From Solemya velum (Eukaryota): a stretch of 64,000 nucleotides of DNA. The translations under genes were made by a program, and so were the position numbers. This document shows, one piece after another, positions 14,101 to 27,754 of the stretch. The notes under the pieces are model-generated. The model was given only the letters and a program-made list of their open reading frames with translations, did no database searches and was not told the origin of the DNA. Each line of letters begins with the position of its first letter. Position 1 is the stretch's first letter. The stretch spans positions 43,563,036 through 43,627,035 of the forward strand of contig JBHNWI010000380.1 in the NCBI GenBank assembly GCA_048127485.1, written 5' to 3'.

Positions 14101-15105
14101 TACAGTGTAAATTGGCAAATGAAGACAGTTAAATCTTTATATTTTCAATCATCCATTAGTTGCTGTATCATGTAAAAAAGTGATTGGCATACATATTGAT
14201 GAATTCCTGAGATGGATTGAACAAATCAGCCAAACTCTTTCAAAAACAACCACAGTATAGCTCTGCTTAGATGTCTGAAATCCTACTTATACCAAGATGC
14301 TATGCTAACTTATTATCAAGCATACATTTCAGCAACATTGGATTTGGCTTCTGTATGGAGATAATGCAAATCTGAACAAATAAATACACGAACACCGATT
14401 CAGAAACAAGCCTTTAGAATAATTGTAAACCCTAAAGGCCTCTTTGCTGTTGTGATCATATAGTAGGGTTTGATAGTTGTTTGTTTTGCGTTGTGTATGA
14501 CTTTTCCATTTAGGATGATAAAACTTCACTAACAAAACAAGAGTTTAATACAGCAACACACATTTACATATACAGACAGAATCCGTCACAACTGCATTTG
14601 GTCAGCTCTCATGGGTGATGCATAAATACAGAAACCGAAACTGATTTGAGCTTAGCAGAGCTCGTAATATGTACTAATTGTAACATCCGACCCATAATTG
14701 TCACTCAAATTACCATGCCCATTGTTTCCCAAACTGCCTAAAAACAAATGTGTACTGTACCAAGCAGTGCAACTCTAGTGCTATGTAGCTGTATCTGTCA
14801 ATCTAATTACATAATGGTATCCTTTTTATGTAAATATCCACTAATTTCTCATAGAAGCACTCCAATAATACGCAGTTATGACATCAATGAACTAGGTATT
14901 CCTAGAGTCCACAGGCTTACCTATGCATCTGTTGGTACAACCCTCCCACTGCATTTGTTTACTTTACTTAGATAGCTTGTCATCACGGACAGTGCACAGT
15001 TGTGATTTACAATTACTGGGGGATTTGGCCTAGTTCTTAAGTGTATAATACCCTTATGGGAGATTAGTTTTGGCATAACATGTTACTCTCGTTGTTGTTG
15101 TGGTT

Positions 15106-15311
15106 ATTATTGTCTCGCCTGCGACAGCAGAAGCGAGACATAGGGATCACTCATTCCGTCCGGCGTTGGAGTTGACGGCGGCGTCAACATTTCATTTCCA
15201 GAGCATAGTTCCTAAACTACTGGGTGGATTGGAACCAAACTGCACACAAGTGATCCCCATGCACCCTAGATGTGCCTTTTGGGGTTAATTGCTTCGCAGG
15301 TGAGACAATAA
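15106..15311. mobile_element. MITE-like element with 18-bp TIRs (TTATTGTCTCGCCTGCGA); a related core copy lies at ~22245-22410
   Basis: Inverted termini are at 15106-15123 and 15294-15311. An internal ~150-bp core (…GTTGACGGCGGCGTCAACATTTCATTTCC…CTAAACTACTGGGTGGATTGGAACCAAACTGCACA…) recurs at 22255-22400. Confidence 0.5.
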
Positions 15312-15654
15312 TGGAATTTTACGTGTTATTATTATTATTATGATGATGATGCCAATGTCTTCCGATGTCTGTAGCACAAATGTAGACAAAATCCCTACCC
15401 AGGTGTACCCAGGTGCACAAGAAAAACGCCAACATAATGTGCAATAGAGTGTAATGTGTGCATTCAATCGACCACAATCATGCCTTGCAATAAAGGTTAC
15501 TGGTTGGTGATTGGTTGGTTGGATTAATGGCACCTTAGATTTACACACACAAACATATATACGAACACAACTGTCTATTATATCTTCACAGCATGTGAAA
15601 TCACAACTGTGTGTGCAAGTGTATGTGAGTGTGAGTAGCGTGTCTGCTTGCAAC

Positions 15655-15905
15655 AGTGTGGACTGATGCCACTCTTTAAGGTGCTGTCACACCAGAATGC
15701 CATATCACATACCACATGACATCCTAACCAGTCACATTATACTGACACCAGGTTAACCAGCCCTTGCAATAACCTTAATAGTGGACGCCTGGTAGGCAGC
15801 CACAAAGAATATCAATTTTAAAGACTGGTTTGTCTTGGCTGGGTTTTGAACCCCTGCCTTCCCAGTCACAGAGCGAGCACCCTACCAACTAGGCTATATA
15901 AAGGT
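15655..15905 (-). mobile_element. tRNA-derived SINE (minus orientation)
   Basis: The reverse complement of 15840-15900 reads …TAGTTGGTAGGGTGCTCGCTCTGTGACTGGGAAGGCAGGGGTTCAAAACCC, with A-box and B-box. Its body is homologous to the repeats at 28440-28680 and 51330-51500. Confidence 0.55.
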
Positions 15906-16689
15906 TACTGTGATAGACACTAACTAGCTTCATATTATTCCAAAGGATTGCAGAATTTCTGATTTACACATGCTTTAATGTTGAAACACCTAAGAGAAAA
16001 TACATCGGAGCCCCCACATCCATGAAGCAAAAAAGACCCTCCTGGAGATTGATGGATAAAAGAGAACTCAGAGACGGGAATAACCCAATTTATTCCAATA
16101 TGCATGCAGAATAGAGGAATCAATTGAGGGCTCTGTGACAACATGCAGCTTCTTCAATTTCAAATCGAGGCCCCTGTGTATCGGTGCTTTAGATGTTTTT
16201 GTTGAAAAAGAGTAAGGTACTATACCCGGGTTCATCTGTATCCATCTCTTATTCTCTCATCTCTTTCACTGACCTATTGGTGTGAAGGCCTATGGTCCTC
16301 TATGCAACCAAAGAACAAACTTTCTCATCGTTATATACTGTCATGGGTCCTTATAACTAGGACTCCATAGGCTACTACAACTGGTCAGAGCAGAAGTGTG
16401 CACCATACCACTGAAATGCTGATAAGAAAAGATGGAGGGCCTCCATGACCTAGTACAGGCACACAGGTTATTAGCAAGAGTACAAAATTCAAACAACAAA
16501 AATTAATTCACTCGGAAGCAATTGAATATTGCACTTAGGAATTAAGTCTTGGTGTTATAACATGGACAACTGTACTTCATTTGTAACCAGACAATATATA
16601 TCCATTTCACTGTTATCTTACCCTTTGGAAGATTGCTAACTTCATTCCTGTTGATTCCGTGGCTTTTCTCTCCCATCTTTTCTGTTTGC

Positions 16690-17280
16690 CTCACCATCTT
16701 GATTCACGGTTCCCTGGAGTATTTGTGGCTAGGTCCGATGATCGAAAGATATGACCATACCATTTTAGCATTTGTTTCTTGACCATGGGGAGATCTCCAG
16801 ATTGGCGAATCTTTTTGGTTGTATACCTCTTTATTGGTAATATTATGGTCTCTGTAGAATGTATTCAAGATCTTACAGTAGCATCTCATCTCTAAAGCTT
16901 GAATTCTTCTCTCCAGCTCAGGCATTGTAAATACCTTAAGCATATGGGGTTATTGAGATGACCTATTAGTTTGAACTTGGAGCAAAATGTAATGTTCTTG
17001 CAACAGCTGCTGTCTGTGCAGCGCAGAGTGATGTCTCTGGTTTGGATCAATTGTCCGATATAGTAGATCCAGGTACTTCTATTTGGTTATTGGACTTCTC
17101 GGTACTGAGGTCTATCATAAACCTTGTAGATAAGTTACTGGTCAAAGTGTTGCACCAGATTCTTGATCTCTTGCACATCCCCTGTTTGTCCGTCGATGTC
17201 ATCTGCCAAGTTTGGTGATTGGTCTCAGTGACCTCCAATGCTGAACGATTGTACCCTCATGACCTTGCTTCCACTTAGTC
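16690..17280 (-). mobile_element. LINE ORF2 C-terminal fragment (…ALEMRCYCKILNTFYRDHNITNKEVYNQ… motif family)
   Basis: Minus-strand ORFs at 16704-16943 and 17047-17238 carry the MRxxRKIL…DHITNEEV-type motif that is common at the C-terminus of CR1/L2/RTE-like ORF2. Confidence 0.4.
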
Positions 17281-18699
17281 TGCTCCATACATTTTTATAT
17301 ATTGATGAATGTGTCTATTACTTCAATAAAACAGTTTTTCTAAATCACAGAAATGTCGTTCAGGAATCATTTTTTGTTCAGGCATTTCAAGAAAATAATC
17401 TTTCTTAAAGTTTACCCATAAATGGCAATGCATTGAAGGTGCTACCTATTGCCCTGCCTATCTTTGCTACTAGGCTACATGTGATTACTATCTTTGATTT
17501 CAAAATCATTATTTCTTTCATGAGAATTGTGTGAATCTAAGATTATTTGCTGTGGCTCAGCAGTACCATCGTTCTGAGAAAAGTTCGCCAAATATGCCAC
17601 CCTTGATGTTCTTTTATATGTGTGTATGGTGTATCAGATGCAAGCTTATAGACCACCAGCCTTGCTATTTAGGCCCCTAGATTTATTTGGGAACGAAAGC
17701 TAGTGGTCACGTGTCTCTTGCTGAATTCGGTGGAAGTGCAATCAACATCCAGCTAAGACCTCGACAGAAAATAAATTAGTTAGGATGTTGCTTGTTTTGA
17801 ATTATCTGACAACACCATAAATTTCTGGTGGGCATTTGGTTTTTATCTACACTCCTACCAAAAGGTCGTTTTCACGGAATGATGACGGAAGGTAATTTAT
17901 TATAGGAATGGGAGGGCAAGGGCTGCAGCCGCAGGTGTGCTGTCACCATTATGTCGTTATCAGTGGTTATCTCGACATTATATCGTTATTTAGACAAACT
18001 ATTGCCATACCATTATGTCGGTATTTCGATATATAATTGTGTCTTTATTTCGACATAATATTTTTCCTTCAAATTTGAATAGGTCAAATTACCATCAACA
18101 AAATATTTAATCATTTCAGACTACGTGGTAAAATTGTCTCCATTCAACTGAGAGCAAAAATAACATTAATACGTTATGGAAGTTCGAATTTGAGCATTTG
18201 GTCACATCATCTACAACGTTGACACTGGTAATCGAGATTTTCAGAGCAGTGATCCTAGACTTGTTTAGTAAACAATGACACACCCACTCTAACAGTAAAC
18301 ACTTAACACATATCTATGTTCAATCATCATGGAAGGGCCCTTATAAGAGGGGGAGTACAGGGGGTCCCACCTCCCTCCCCTTCCTTCCCACTCCCGTCTC
18401 CCTTCCTCCACTCATACCTGCCAACCTATAACTTTGAATCTAGGGGGTGGGTACCCCAAAAAGGGGGGGTTCTGCCCACACCGCCCATTTGCCCCCCTGC
18501 CTCCTTCACCACCGTATCACCGACCCCCCTGTACTCCCCTTTTCATAATGAGAGGAAAATTTACCATTAAAGGGGTATTCCTTAAAAATTAAAGGTTACG
18601 AATCGATCATTTATTTTTATTTTTTTTATTAAAGACATCAAAAAAATATGATGTATACTTGTAAGAAAAAAAATTTAGCATTGGAACACTTTCTTAGAG

Positions 18700-18900
18700 T
18701 CGCCAGAAAATATGCTTTCCAGCTCTCAGTCTTCGCTGCGCGCCATCTTGGAGGTGGTGTTTCATGACGAGCGCATGCGCAAAGAGAGTAACGTTGACAG
18801 AGGAAATAAAAATAAACAAAATGCGCAGACTCCACACTTCCTATCAGAATATGGGCAGGGCTTAACACATAGTGGCGGACCGCCACAATATAATTTAATT
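18700..18900. promoter_or_regulatory. CpG-rich promoter-like island with an NRF1 site (GCGCATGCGC) and a YY1 core (GCGCGCCATCTTGG)
   Basis: Local CpG density is high in an otherwise AT-rich genome. A palindromic GTGGCGGACCGCCAC is present. The island is flanked by a ~28-bp inverted repeat (18567-18595 and 19012-19042). Confidence 0.35.
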
Positions 18901-21900
18901 AATTAATCAAACAAACAATTTACTTTTCGTAACTTCTAAATTTTGCTATTCTCGCAAGGGCCATGAATTCCAGTGTACGTTAAAAATTCAAATGGCCGAG
19001 ATTTTTTTATTTTACTAAAGTTATAAGGAATACCCTTTTAATGTATACATGTATGTGATAATTACCAATGATAATAAGTGCACCAAAAAACTAAAATGTT
19101 ATACACACCAGAAAAAAACATGTTCATATCAGATAATATAATGTGTGCATCAAATCAGTTTTCTTCGCACACTAGATAATTTTAGTTATGCAAACCAGAT
19201 TCAAGCATATCATATGCCATCCTCGGAGACCCTGAGTGGTGAAACTATCCTTCAGCTTTCTTCTTCCCCCCTGGGTTATTATGCAGACAAACATTTGTAG
19301 CTATAATTGGTAAGTGGATCATAAAACTAGTAAGTGGATATGTTTACCTTCCTTTTGTGATTTTGTCTGGAAATTTCCAGATTTTGAATATATATACATG
19401 TAGATTTTAAGTGATCTCAAGGCTTGTTTGAACAATGTCATGGTGAATTTTAATTACTTTTACATACAGAAAAACAAATTGAGGTTTTAATCTTATGTAC
19501 AATGTTTTAAATTCATATAAACTCAAATGCTGATTTCCAAAAACACAATATTTCGGTAAAGAAAAGAAGCAACTCTACTACCCAAGTGTATATTTATTCA
19601 CATACGAAGAAGAAAGCTAAAAATATGGATACTAATAAATTTTTTAATGTTTTTGAAGAAATGTGTCACTCTAATATGATTTCTAGATCATTTCAAATAT
19701 GTTATACATACTCAAGATTTTAGTACTCAATAAATTAAATAGCATTCTGTTGTGTTTTAATTGATGTGCTATATCTACTGATTTATTTTAATATACTTTA
19801 TACTGATGTATTGACTTTGACCTGATTGCTCATGGTTAGAACCTTAGACCCATTCTTAAGGTAGGAAGGTAGCTGGGAAATTGTTCTCAAGCAATGCTTT
19901 CATCTTGCTATGACACTGGGCTACAGTTTTGTGCTGAAATAAACCTTAGCCTCCAAAGTTTGACTTAATGTGAAATTAGTGCTAATTAATAGCAGTCCTA
20001 ATTAGTTTCTGTGGTGCATTTACCATTCTTAAGCACCGTATGTTCTGACCTTGGACTAAAAAACTTCACTCTTAACATTTAAAAACTTTAGAGCCAACAT
20101 TATGTATAAACCTTAGTGGGCTAATATTGACTAATGAGTATAATCTAAGCTAATCATAGCTGGGGCATAGCCAGACACATAATAAAGTGCAGGCCCAAAG
20201 GAGGGAGTAGCATGCTTCCGAGACTTTTTTGAAGAACTGATATCAAATTCCACCTTCTGGACCTCTCCATGGGGGTATATAATGTTATAATTTAATTTCC
20301 TATGTAACAGTGATTTTCATTGGCTAACAGTCTTCGGTCTATACCTCAATAGACCGAAAAAACTGCCTGGAGTACTTTCTCTATTGTAAACACAAATCAG
20401 CCGTCTCTTCAGTACGGATTCTACTGACGATATGCAGATCTGTTTACGTCGGTAGACTAGAAGACTGTAACGTTTTATCTCCCCAACCATCTCAAGTGAA
20501 TTATTTCATATCATAGCCTAAGAATGTAGATCTATATTGTATTTTTCCAACCCTAATAATAATAATCAACATCACAACACAACACAAACGTATAGAATGT
20601 TATTTTGACAATCATTTAATGTTTAAAGTTCCCCTGTAACATTTTAACACCGACTAACTATAATAATAATAAATAACCTTGTGGATTTGGGAGACCCAAC
20701 AAATTAGCCAAAGTTCAAACAGGGCACAAACGTTGATTTCTTAGAGCCAGAACTATGTCATACTACGTAAATGTTTACATTTGTCAGACGGATACAAACA
20801 CTCGGGTCAGCTTAGCTGTACTGCCACATCATGTATATAAAAATCCGTCCGTAGTTACAGCAGAGAGTGATCTATTTCACACAAAAATCCATATCTGGTA
20901 CGTTGTCATTATTGTCGTCCGGAAAATGTTGAGTCGGTAGTTCATTTAATACTCTCATGCCAAATTCAACTGTCTCAAAGTCAAAACCGCCAAGTTTGAC
21001 TACTACTAACGTAGGCTTACTAGTTTCAGCACACACATGGAATGAAAGCCAAGGACACTCTTTCCCAATTCAACTCCGACACTGTTGACAGTTTTATGAA
21101 ATCCCTACTTTTTTCAAATTCATCGTTCCGCAATTGTGTTTTCCATTTCAGTGGCAAATAAACGTGTTATCCTTTTCTGACTGCTGACCTAGATATCTAA
21201 CCTTAGTGTTGACTGGTGCTCATTGTCAAAGGCGACGTCACTAAAATCATTGCGCCGTACACGAAATTGGCTTGAAAATGAAATAGCGAATACTAATTGT
21301 ATTTGTTTCTATGTTTGTTTTATTTAAGCGACAACATGCATTAATTAAATTAGAAGGATTATACCAAATTAATTTTTAGTCTTCGCGGTTTCTTAAATGT
21401 GCACATCGGTTTTCGGTCTATGACCCAATAGACCAAAAATGAATTTGGTATAATCCTTAAATAATTTCAAGAGCTTTTCATTGTTTCAAGTAAACATCAT
21501 AAGTGTTTCAATTTTAAGAAATGTTTGGTATATATGACTAAGAACTCTTTCATAAAACTATTGTACATTAATATAGGTCATAGAGTCTAGATAGTCACAG
21601 TGCATGGAACAAATTTAGTTGTGTCATCAGGCCGATTGAGTATTGAGAAAATGTTGACAATGCTCACTAAGATGCTTCAACTCTTGTGGACTAGTACAAT
21701 AACATGGCACAATGGCTGCCTGCCCCTGTTACCTACAGCGCTAGTCAGTGGTTCTCATTGGGTTAGATTAATGGCACTGCAGATTTAAGCCTATATGTGC
21801 CCACCACATAGACATATATGCGAAACACAATTGTATATTATGTCATCACAATATGTTAAATAAGTAATGGAGCCAGAATAACCCTGTGACAATGCCCCTA

Positions 21901-22599
21901 CTCTTATTCTGTTAAGGTTAACAGTATCTTGATTGTGCTCCACCAAAGAGAACTGACTCAAACATGGCACACCAGTTATAGTCTCATGCGACAGATTGAA
22001 GGTCATCTGGAGGTTGATTCAATCCAAAACTCTGAATTTGGAGCAAAGCTTAGTAGCAACAATAACAGGGGCAGGCAACCATTCCACAAACACAAGTATT
22101 TCTGCAACTCTTTCTGAGAATTTACAAGAATTGGCTTCTTCGAAAATGGATTGGATTCTGTATGAATGCAGGCTGTATTTATTGTGAACATCTGCAGACA
22201 GGTCACATGCCTATCTGGTGTGCACAAGCATGCACAAGATGATTTTTTTCATGTGAGTCGTCATCGTTGAAGTTGACGGCATCGTCAACATTTCATTTCC
22301 GAGGCACACTCCTAAACTGCTGGGTGGATTGGAACCATACTGCACAGAAGGGATCCCCATCACACTAGATGTGCTTTTTTGGGTAGTTTAGTCGTCTAAC
22401 CTATTTTCTGTTCACAGAACAAAAATGGCCTAGGATGCTTGTATTACTATTAAATAGGAAAAGAACATCAAATCTATTTTTCTCATCTTCTGCTGGTTTC
22501 CCATTGTTCGAAAGAGCATAGGAGTTCAGATTAAAACCACAGCATTTTTTGTTTAACACTTTCCACTTGAAAAAACAACAATACCACATATACTGGGGT

Positions 22600-22710
<111 letters not shown>

Positions 22711-22808
22711 AGAAAATCAACTTTCGTACCCTTGTCAATTATAGTGCTCAATCAAAATTTGAGAGCGGTATAAGAAGAAAAGCAAAGTGGAAGTTTGGTG
22801 CTTTATTT

Positions 22809-22858
22809 CATGACAACACTACGGACCGTTTCGCCCGAAGGCTCGTCAGGTGTGTGAT
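22809..22858 (-). ncRNA. Hammerhead ribozyme-like motif (left TIR copy)
   Basis: The reverse complement reads CACACCUGACGAG-CC-UUCG-GG-CGAAAC-GGUCCGUAG: a CUGANGA box, a 3-bp helix II closed by a UUCG tetraloop, and a GAAA box. It is followed by the near-palindromic CGGUCCG containing GUC, as in dimerising minimal PLE hammerheads. Confidence 0.45.
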
Positions 22859-22988
22859 AAAAATGAACAAGATCAATGTATATATAAGGTTTGGTCATAA
22901 TGGATTAATAATAATTATAATGACATAGCGGTACTTTCTCGTCGTGGCTTCTGTGTAGGTGAGTCGTCGGTAATTAAGCTACAGCTGC

Positions 22989-23486
22989 ATGGACAACATA
23001 GGCAAAATCATCAAAGCTCACAACACAGCCATCCTTCAACAGAACACTACCACAGAACCCAAACTCTGCAATTGTCGAAAGAAAAATGAATGTCCACTAG
23101 CCGGAAAATGCCTCACAAAGAACGTCATCTACAAAGCAACAGTCGAAACTACCCACGAAACAAAAGAATACATAGGAGCCTGCGACACCGACTTCAAAAC
23201 CAGATGGCGCAATCACAAGTCCTCCATCAAACTACCACACAAACGCAGCGACACCGAGCTCAGCAAATACATTTGGGACAGAAAGAACACCGACACACAG
23301 TACAAACTAACATGGGCTATACTCAAACAAGCGAAGTCATACAGCAACACAACTAAAAGATGCAACCTTTGTCTATGGGAAAAATTCTTCATAATCAACG
23401 CAAAGAAAGAAAGAAATCTGAACAGACGATCAGAACTGATTAGCAAATGCCGCCATGCCAACAAATTCCTACTGATGAACGCCTAA
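22989..23486 (+). CDS. Zn-finger + GIY-YIG endonuclease-like protein (165 aa)
   Basis: The protein reads CNCRKKNECPLAGKC…NVIYKATVETTHETKEYIGACDTDFKTRWRNHK. This is a CxC…CPLxGxC finger followed by GIY(IY)-x10-YIG-x8-R-x3-NH, the same architecture as the PLE EN domain at 26790-27010 (CGRSNCGTCPFL…LLYVIRCLGCGEYYIGQTGTELRKRVTVHK). A second CxxC…C…H cluster lies near its C-terminus. Confidence 0.6.
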   Translation: MDNIGKIIKAHNTAILQQNTTTEPKLCNCRKKNECPLAGKCLTKNVIYKATVETTHETKEYIGACDTDFKTRWRNHKSSIKLPHKRSDTELSKYIWDRKNTDTQYKLTWAILKQAKSYSNTTKRCNLCLWEKFFIINAKKERNLNRRSELISKCRHANKFLLMNA

Positions 23487-23764
23487 CAGTCCTCACTACG
23501 CCGCTACCCAGATCACCCAACTCCCAACCAGCCCACTCACCGCCTAACAGAGACAACAATAGATGCCGACACACACTGAAGCCACATCTACCTCCACCTG
23601 AATCGACCGTCACCCAACCCTGCGAAGCCTAATCAAACAGCGCCGACATACCCGTTAATTACCGACGACTCACCTACACAGAAGCCACGACGAGAAAGTA
23701 CCGCTATGTCATTATAATTATTATTAAACCTTATATATACATTGATCTTGTTCATTTTTATCAC

Positions 23765-23810
23765 ACACCTGACGAGCCTTCGGGCGAAAAGGTCCGTAGT
23801 GTTGTCATGG
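23765..23810 (+). ncRNA. Hammerhead ribozyme-like motif (right TIR copy)
   Basis: The sequence is CCUGACGAGCCUUCGGGCGAAAAGGUCCGUAGUGUUGUCAUGG. It has the same core as the left copy with one substitution after GAAA. Confidence 0.4.
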
Positions 23811-23918
23811 AATAAAGCACCAAACTTCCACTTTGCTTTTCTTCTTATATATATATATATCGCTCTCTTTATAGATTGAGCACTTTAATTGACAAAAAGG
23901 ATTGAATTGATTTTCTAT

Positions 23919-23941
23919 ATATATATATATATATATATATT
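23919..23941. repeat. (TA)n spacer between the GIY-YIG element and the PLE
   Basis: Direct reading. Confidence 0.9.
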
Positions 23942-24637
23942 TGAAAATTGTTTTTTTAAATACACAAGTAAGATATATTTGAAAACAAGGTAAAAATCAA
24001 AACGCAAACACCAAATCGTTTCAAAGTACTCCCTACGGTTTCGTCTCCTCATCAGGGAAGTAACTGTTTATTAACGTGACGTAATCATTACGTAACGTAT
24101 ATAAGGGAGGTAATATATATACACAGATCACATAAAGAGAGAAATGACAAATATATTGTGTTGTCTAAATAAACCATCATACCAATTAATTACTGTTAAC
24201 ATATTCAGCAATATAATCGAATATATAATTTGACGGCATATTATATTTCATCGGAAAATACTCATATAGTATAGTAAGAGTCTCTGTTAAAGACGTTATC
24301 AAAACACGATGATTTCAACCATTTCATACAATAATACACAGACATATATAAGCGGGATATTTTATAGGTTTTACGGAGCCAGAGACCCCCCCCCAAAATA
24401 ATGTTATACAATGTAGTAATATGTCCATGTTAAGACACTCTTTAAACCGTTAAAATTAAATTTTGTCATACAATGTTGTAATATGTAGTTAAAGAGATAG
24501 GGTTTTATATGTGGACTTTAACACTGTAGAATTATGTAACAATAATTTGCTTAGACTATTACTCAGACTGTTTAAACATTCTAATACAATGTTAACACTG
24601 TAAATTTCTCTTAGGAAATATTATAAAATAATCAGTA

Positions 24638-25408
24638 TCAATGTGCATTCAATTTAGGGTTATATTTTCTAATAAATTCTTTCTCTTTCGTCACCCTTTC
24701 ATTCTCGGTCGTATCAGAACGTAACTTATAAAATGGATAAATAGAAAATCCAATGATTTTATTTGCAGCGCAATTTGCAATATGACCGCTCAGTGGTATC
24801 ATGCGAACAGACGGGTCCCTAATCTGTTGTTTGTGAACTGTGACTCGTTTCCGCAGTTCAGTACCTGTCTGGCCTATATAGTCCTCACCGCAACCAAGAC
24901 ACCTAATAACATAGAGAAGGTTATTACTGGCACAGTTCATTGGACTTTTGATGTTAAACATAAAACCATTCTTGAATTCATAAGAACGTCCTTCTATTAA
25001 AAATGGACAAGTTCCACAATTCGAGCGTCCACACTTCGTGATTCTTGTATCCTCGCTGGATTTATCTTCAAACTTGGCTTTTGTCAATATTCGTTTCAAC
25101 GTTTTTGGCTGTCTCTGGCTATTTATAATTGGGGATGTTTCTAAAACCTTTTTCATTTTGTGATCCTGTTCCAGTATTGGAATGTTGTTTTTAATTATAT
25201 TGAAAGCTCTTGGGTTACGTGGATTGTAAGTTGTAACTAGCGGTAAGATTTTATCATCAGTATGTACTTTCGTTTCTCTTAATTCCACTTGGTTTTGACT
25301 TCTTGCTTTCTCAATCCCGAAATCAATTAGCTTTTCTGGATATCGTCTTTGTTTCAAATGGAATTTAAGTTCTTTCAATCTGGCATCTCTGGTGGTGGTA
25401 TTTGACAC
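24638..25408 (-). pseudogene. Inverted partial PLE ORF (thumb/linker + Zn-finger + GIY-YIG EN, 256 aa, intact frame)
   Basis: It is ~97% identical at protein level to 26440-27188 on the + strand. GIY-YIG is present as LLYVIRCLGCGEDYIGQTGTELRKRVTVHK. Confidence 0.75.
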
Positions 25409-25496
25409 AATGGTGCAAATTCTCCGAGCTAAATTATAAGGAATATTTCTGATCGTATGTTTGGGGTGACTGGAGTAGAAGAATAAATATTGTTTC

Positions 25497-27188
25497 GTGT
25501 CAGATTATCTTACTAATTTTGAGTGCAAAACTAGCAATTTTTACGGGCTCCCCAAAGTCCACGAGAGTGACACCATAAAGAAAATGTGTGAAGAAACTAA
25601 GTTACCGTACATAGAAATGATAAAACTAGACAATCTGAAACTTCGTCCTATAGTAGCCGGTCCAGCCAATGAAACACACAGACTTAGTTCTTTCCTGGAT
25701 TTACTTCTAAAACCATTTCTTAAACATATACCGAGTTATATAAGAGATGACATCGATTTCCTACAACACCTCCCACAGTCGGTAGAAGAGGATACAGTTT
25801 TAGTTACACTTGACGTTGTTGGGCTCTACTCTAACATACCTCATGATTTTGGTATCAAAGCCCTCGAATACTGGACAAACACCCGGAAGAATTACCCGAT
25901 CGAGTCAGTAAAGAATTTATACTTGAAAGTATGATATTCATTCTGAATAACAATTACTTTCTCTTCAACAACAAGAGCTACAAACAGATAAAAGGGACTG
26001 CCATGGGAACTAAGGTTGCACCCACATATGCCAATTTGGTGATGGGCTATTTGGAAAATTTGATTAATGAAAAAGTTGCAATTGCTTATCCTGATATGCA
26101 TACTGCAAATTTTGTTCAAAACTGGAAGAGATACCTAGATGATTGCTGGTTTCTATTTCGCAAACGTGGGGTAACCTGAAGGAGTTCCACGAACTACTTA
26201 ATAACATCCATGCCGATTTCCAGTTTACAGTAGAATCAAGTGAAAATAAAATACCGTTCCTAGATATTCTTATCATCAAAAAAGAAAACCTACAGATAGA
26301 AACTGACATGTATTTCAAAACAACCGACACGAAACAATATTTATTCTTCTACTCCAGTCACTCCAAACATACGATCAGAAATATTCCCTATAATTTAGCT
26401 CGGAGAATTTGCACCATTGTGTCAAATACCACCACCAGAGATGCCAGATTGAAAGAACTTAAATTCCATTTGAAACAAAGACGATATCCAGAAAAGCTAA
26501 TTGATTTCGGGATTGAGAAAGCAAGAAGTCAAACCAAGTGGAATTAAGAGAAACGAAAGTACATACTGATGATAAAATCTTACCGCTAGTTACAACTTAC
26601 AATCCACGTAACCCAAGAGCTTTCAATATAATTAAAAACAACATTCCAATACTGGAACAGGATCACAAAATGAGAAAGGTTTTAGAAACATCCCTAATTA
26701 TAAATAGCCAGAGACAGCCAGAAACGTTGAAACGAATATTGACAAAAGCCAAGTTTGAAGATAAATCCAGCGAGGATACAAGAATCACGAAGTGTGGACG
26801 CTCGAATTGTGGAACTTGTCCATTTTTAATAGAAGGACGTTCTTATGAATTCAAGAATGGTTTTATGTTTAACATCAAAAGTCCAATGAACTGTGCCAGT
26901 AATAACCTTCTCTATGTTATTAGGTGTCTTGGTTGCGGTGAGTACTATATAGGCCAGACAGGTACTGAACTGCGGAAACGAGTCACAGTTCACAAACAAC
27001 AGATTAGGGACCCGTCTGTTCGCATGATACCACTGAGCGGTCATATTGCAAATTGCGCTGCAAATAAAATCATTGGATTTTCTATTTATCCATTTTATAA
27101 GTTCCGTTCTGATACGACCGAGAATGAAAGGGTGACGAAAGAGAAAGAATTTATTAGAAAATATAACCCTAAATTGAATGCACATTGA
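25497..27188 (+). pseudogene. PLE RT–EN ORF, 5'-truncated and interrupted by at least 3 frameshifts
   Basis: Four consecutive ORFs in different frames (25497-25934, 25931-26179, 26143-26547, 26538-27188) together span RT motifs 1-7, the thumb and the EN. The left-arm copy reads straight through the 26530 region. Confidence 0.8.
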
Positions 27189-27754
27189 TATGATTATTTT
27201 ATAATATTTCCTAAGAGAAATTGACAGTGTTAACATTGTATTAGAATGTTTAAACAGTCTGAGTAATAGTCTAAACAAATTATTGTTACATAATTCTACA
27301 GTGTTAAAGTCCACATATAAAACCCTATCTCTTTAACTACATATTACAACATTGTATGACAAAATTAATTTTAACAGTTTAAAGAGTGTCTTAACATGGA
27401 CATATTACTACATTGTATAACATTATTTTGGGGGGTCTCTGGCTCCGTAAAACCTATAAAATATCCGCTTATATATGTCTGTGTATTATTGTATGAAATG
27501 GTTGAAATCATCGTGTTTTGATAACGTCTTTAACAGAGACTCTTACTATACTATATGAGTAATTTCCGATGAAATATAATATGCCGTCAAATTATATATT
27601 CGATTATATTGCTGAATATGTTAACAGTAATTAATTGGTATGATGGTTTATTTAGACAACACAATATATTTGTCATTTCTCTCTTTATGTGATCTGTGTA
27701 TATATATTACTTCCCTTATATACGTTACGTAGTGATTACGTCACATTAATAAAC

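Noticed and set aside
15840-15905. tRNA-like sequence (also at 36100-36200 and 51250-51310)
   Set aside because: The A/B boxes are embedded in longer SINE heads with non-tRNA lengths and family-shared bodies. These are SINEs, not tRNA genes.
18316-18570. 84-aa proline-rich ORF
   Set aside because: It is a translation of a CT/polypyrimidine low-complexity tract.
23090-23356. 88-aa ORF overlapping the GIY-YIG ORF in another frame
   Set aside because: It is an alternative frame of the same region with basic low-complexity composition and no motif.
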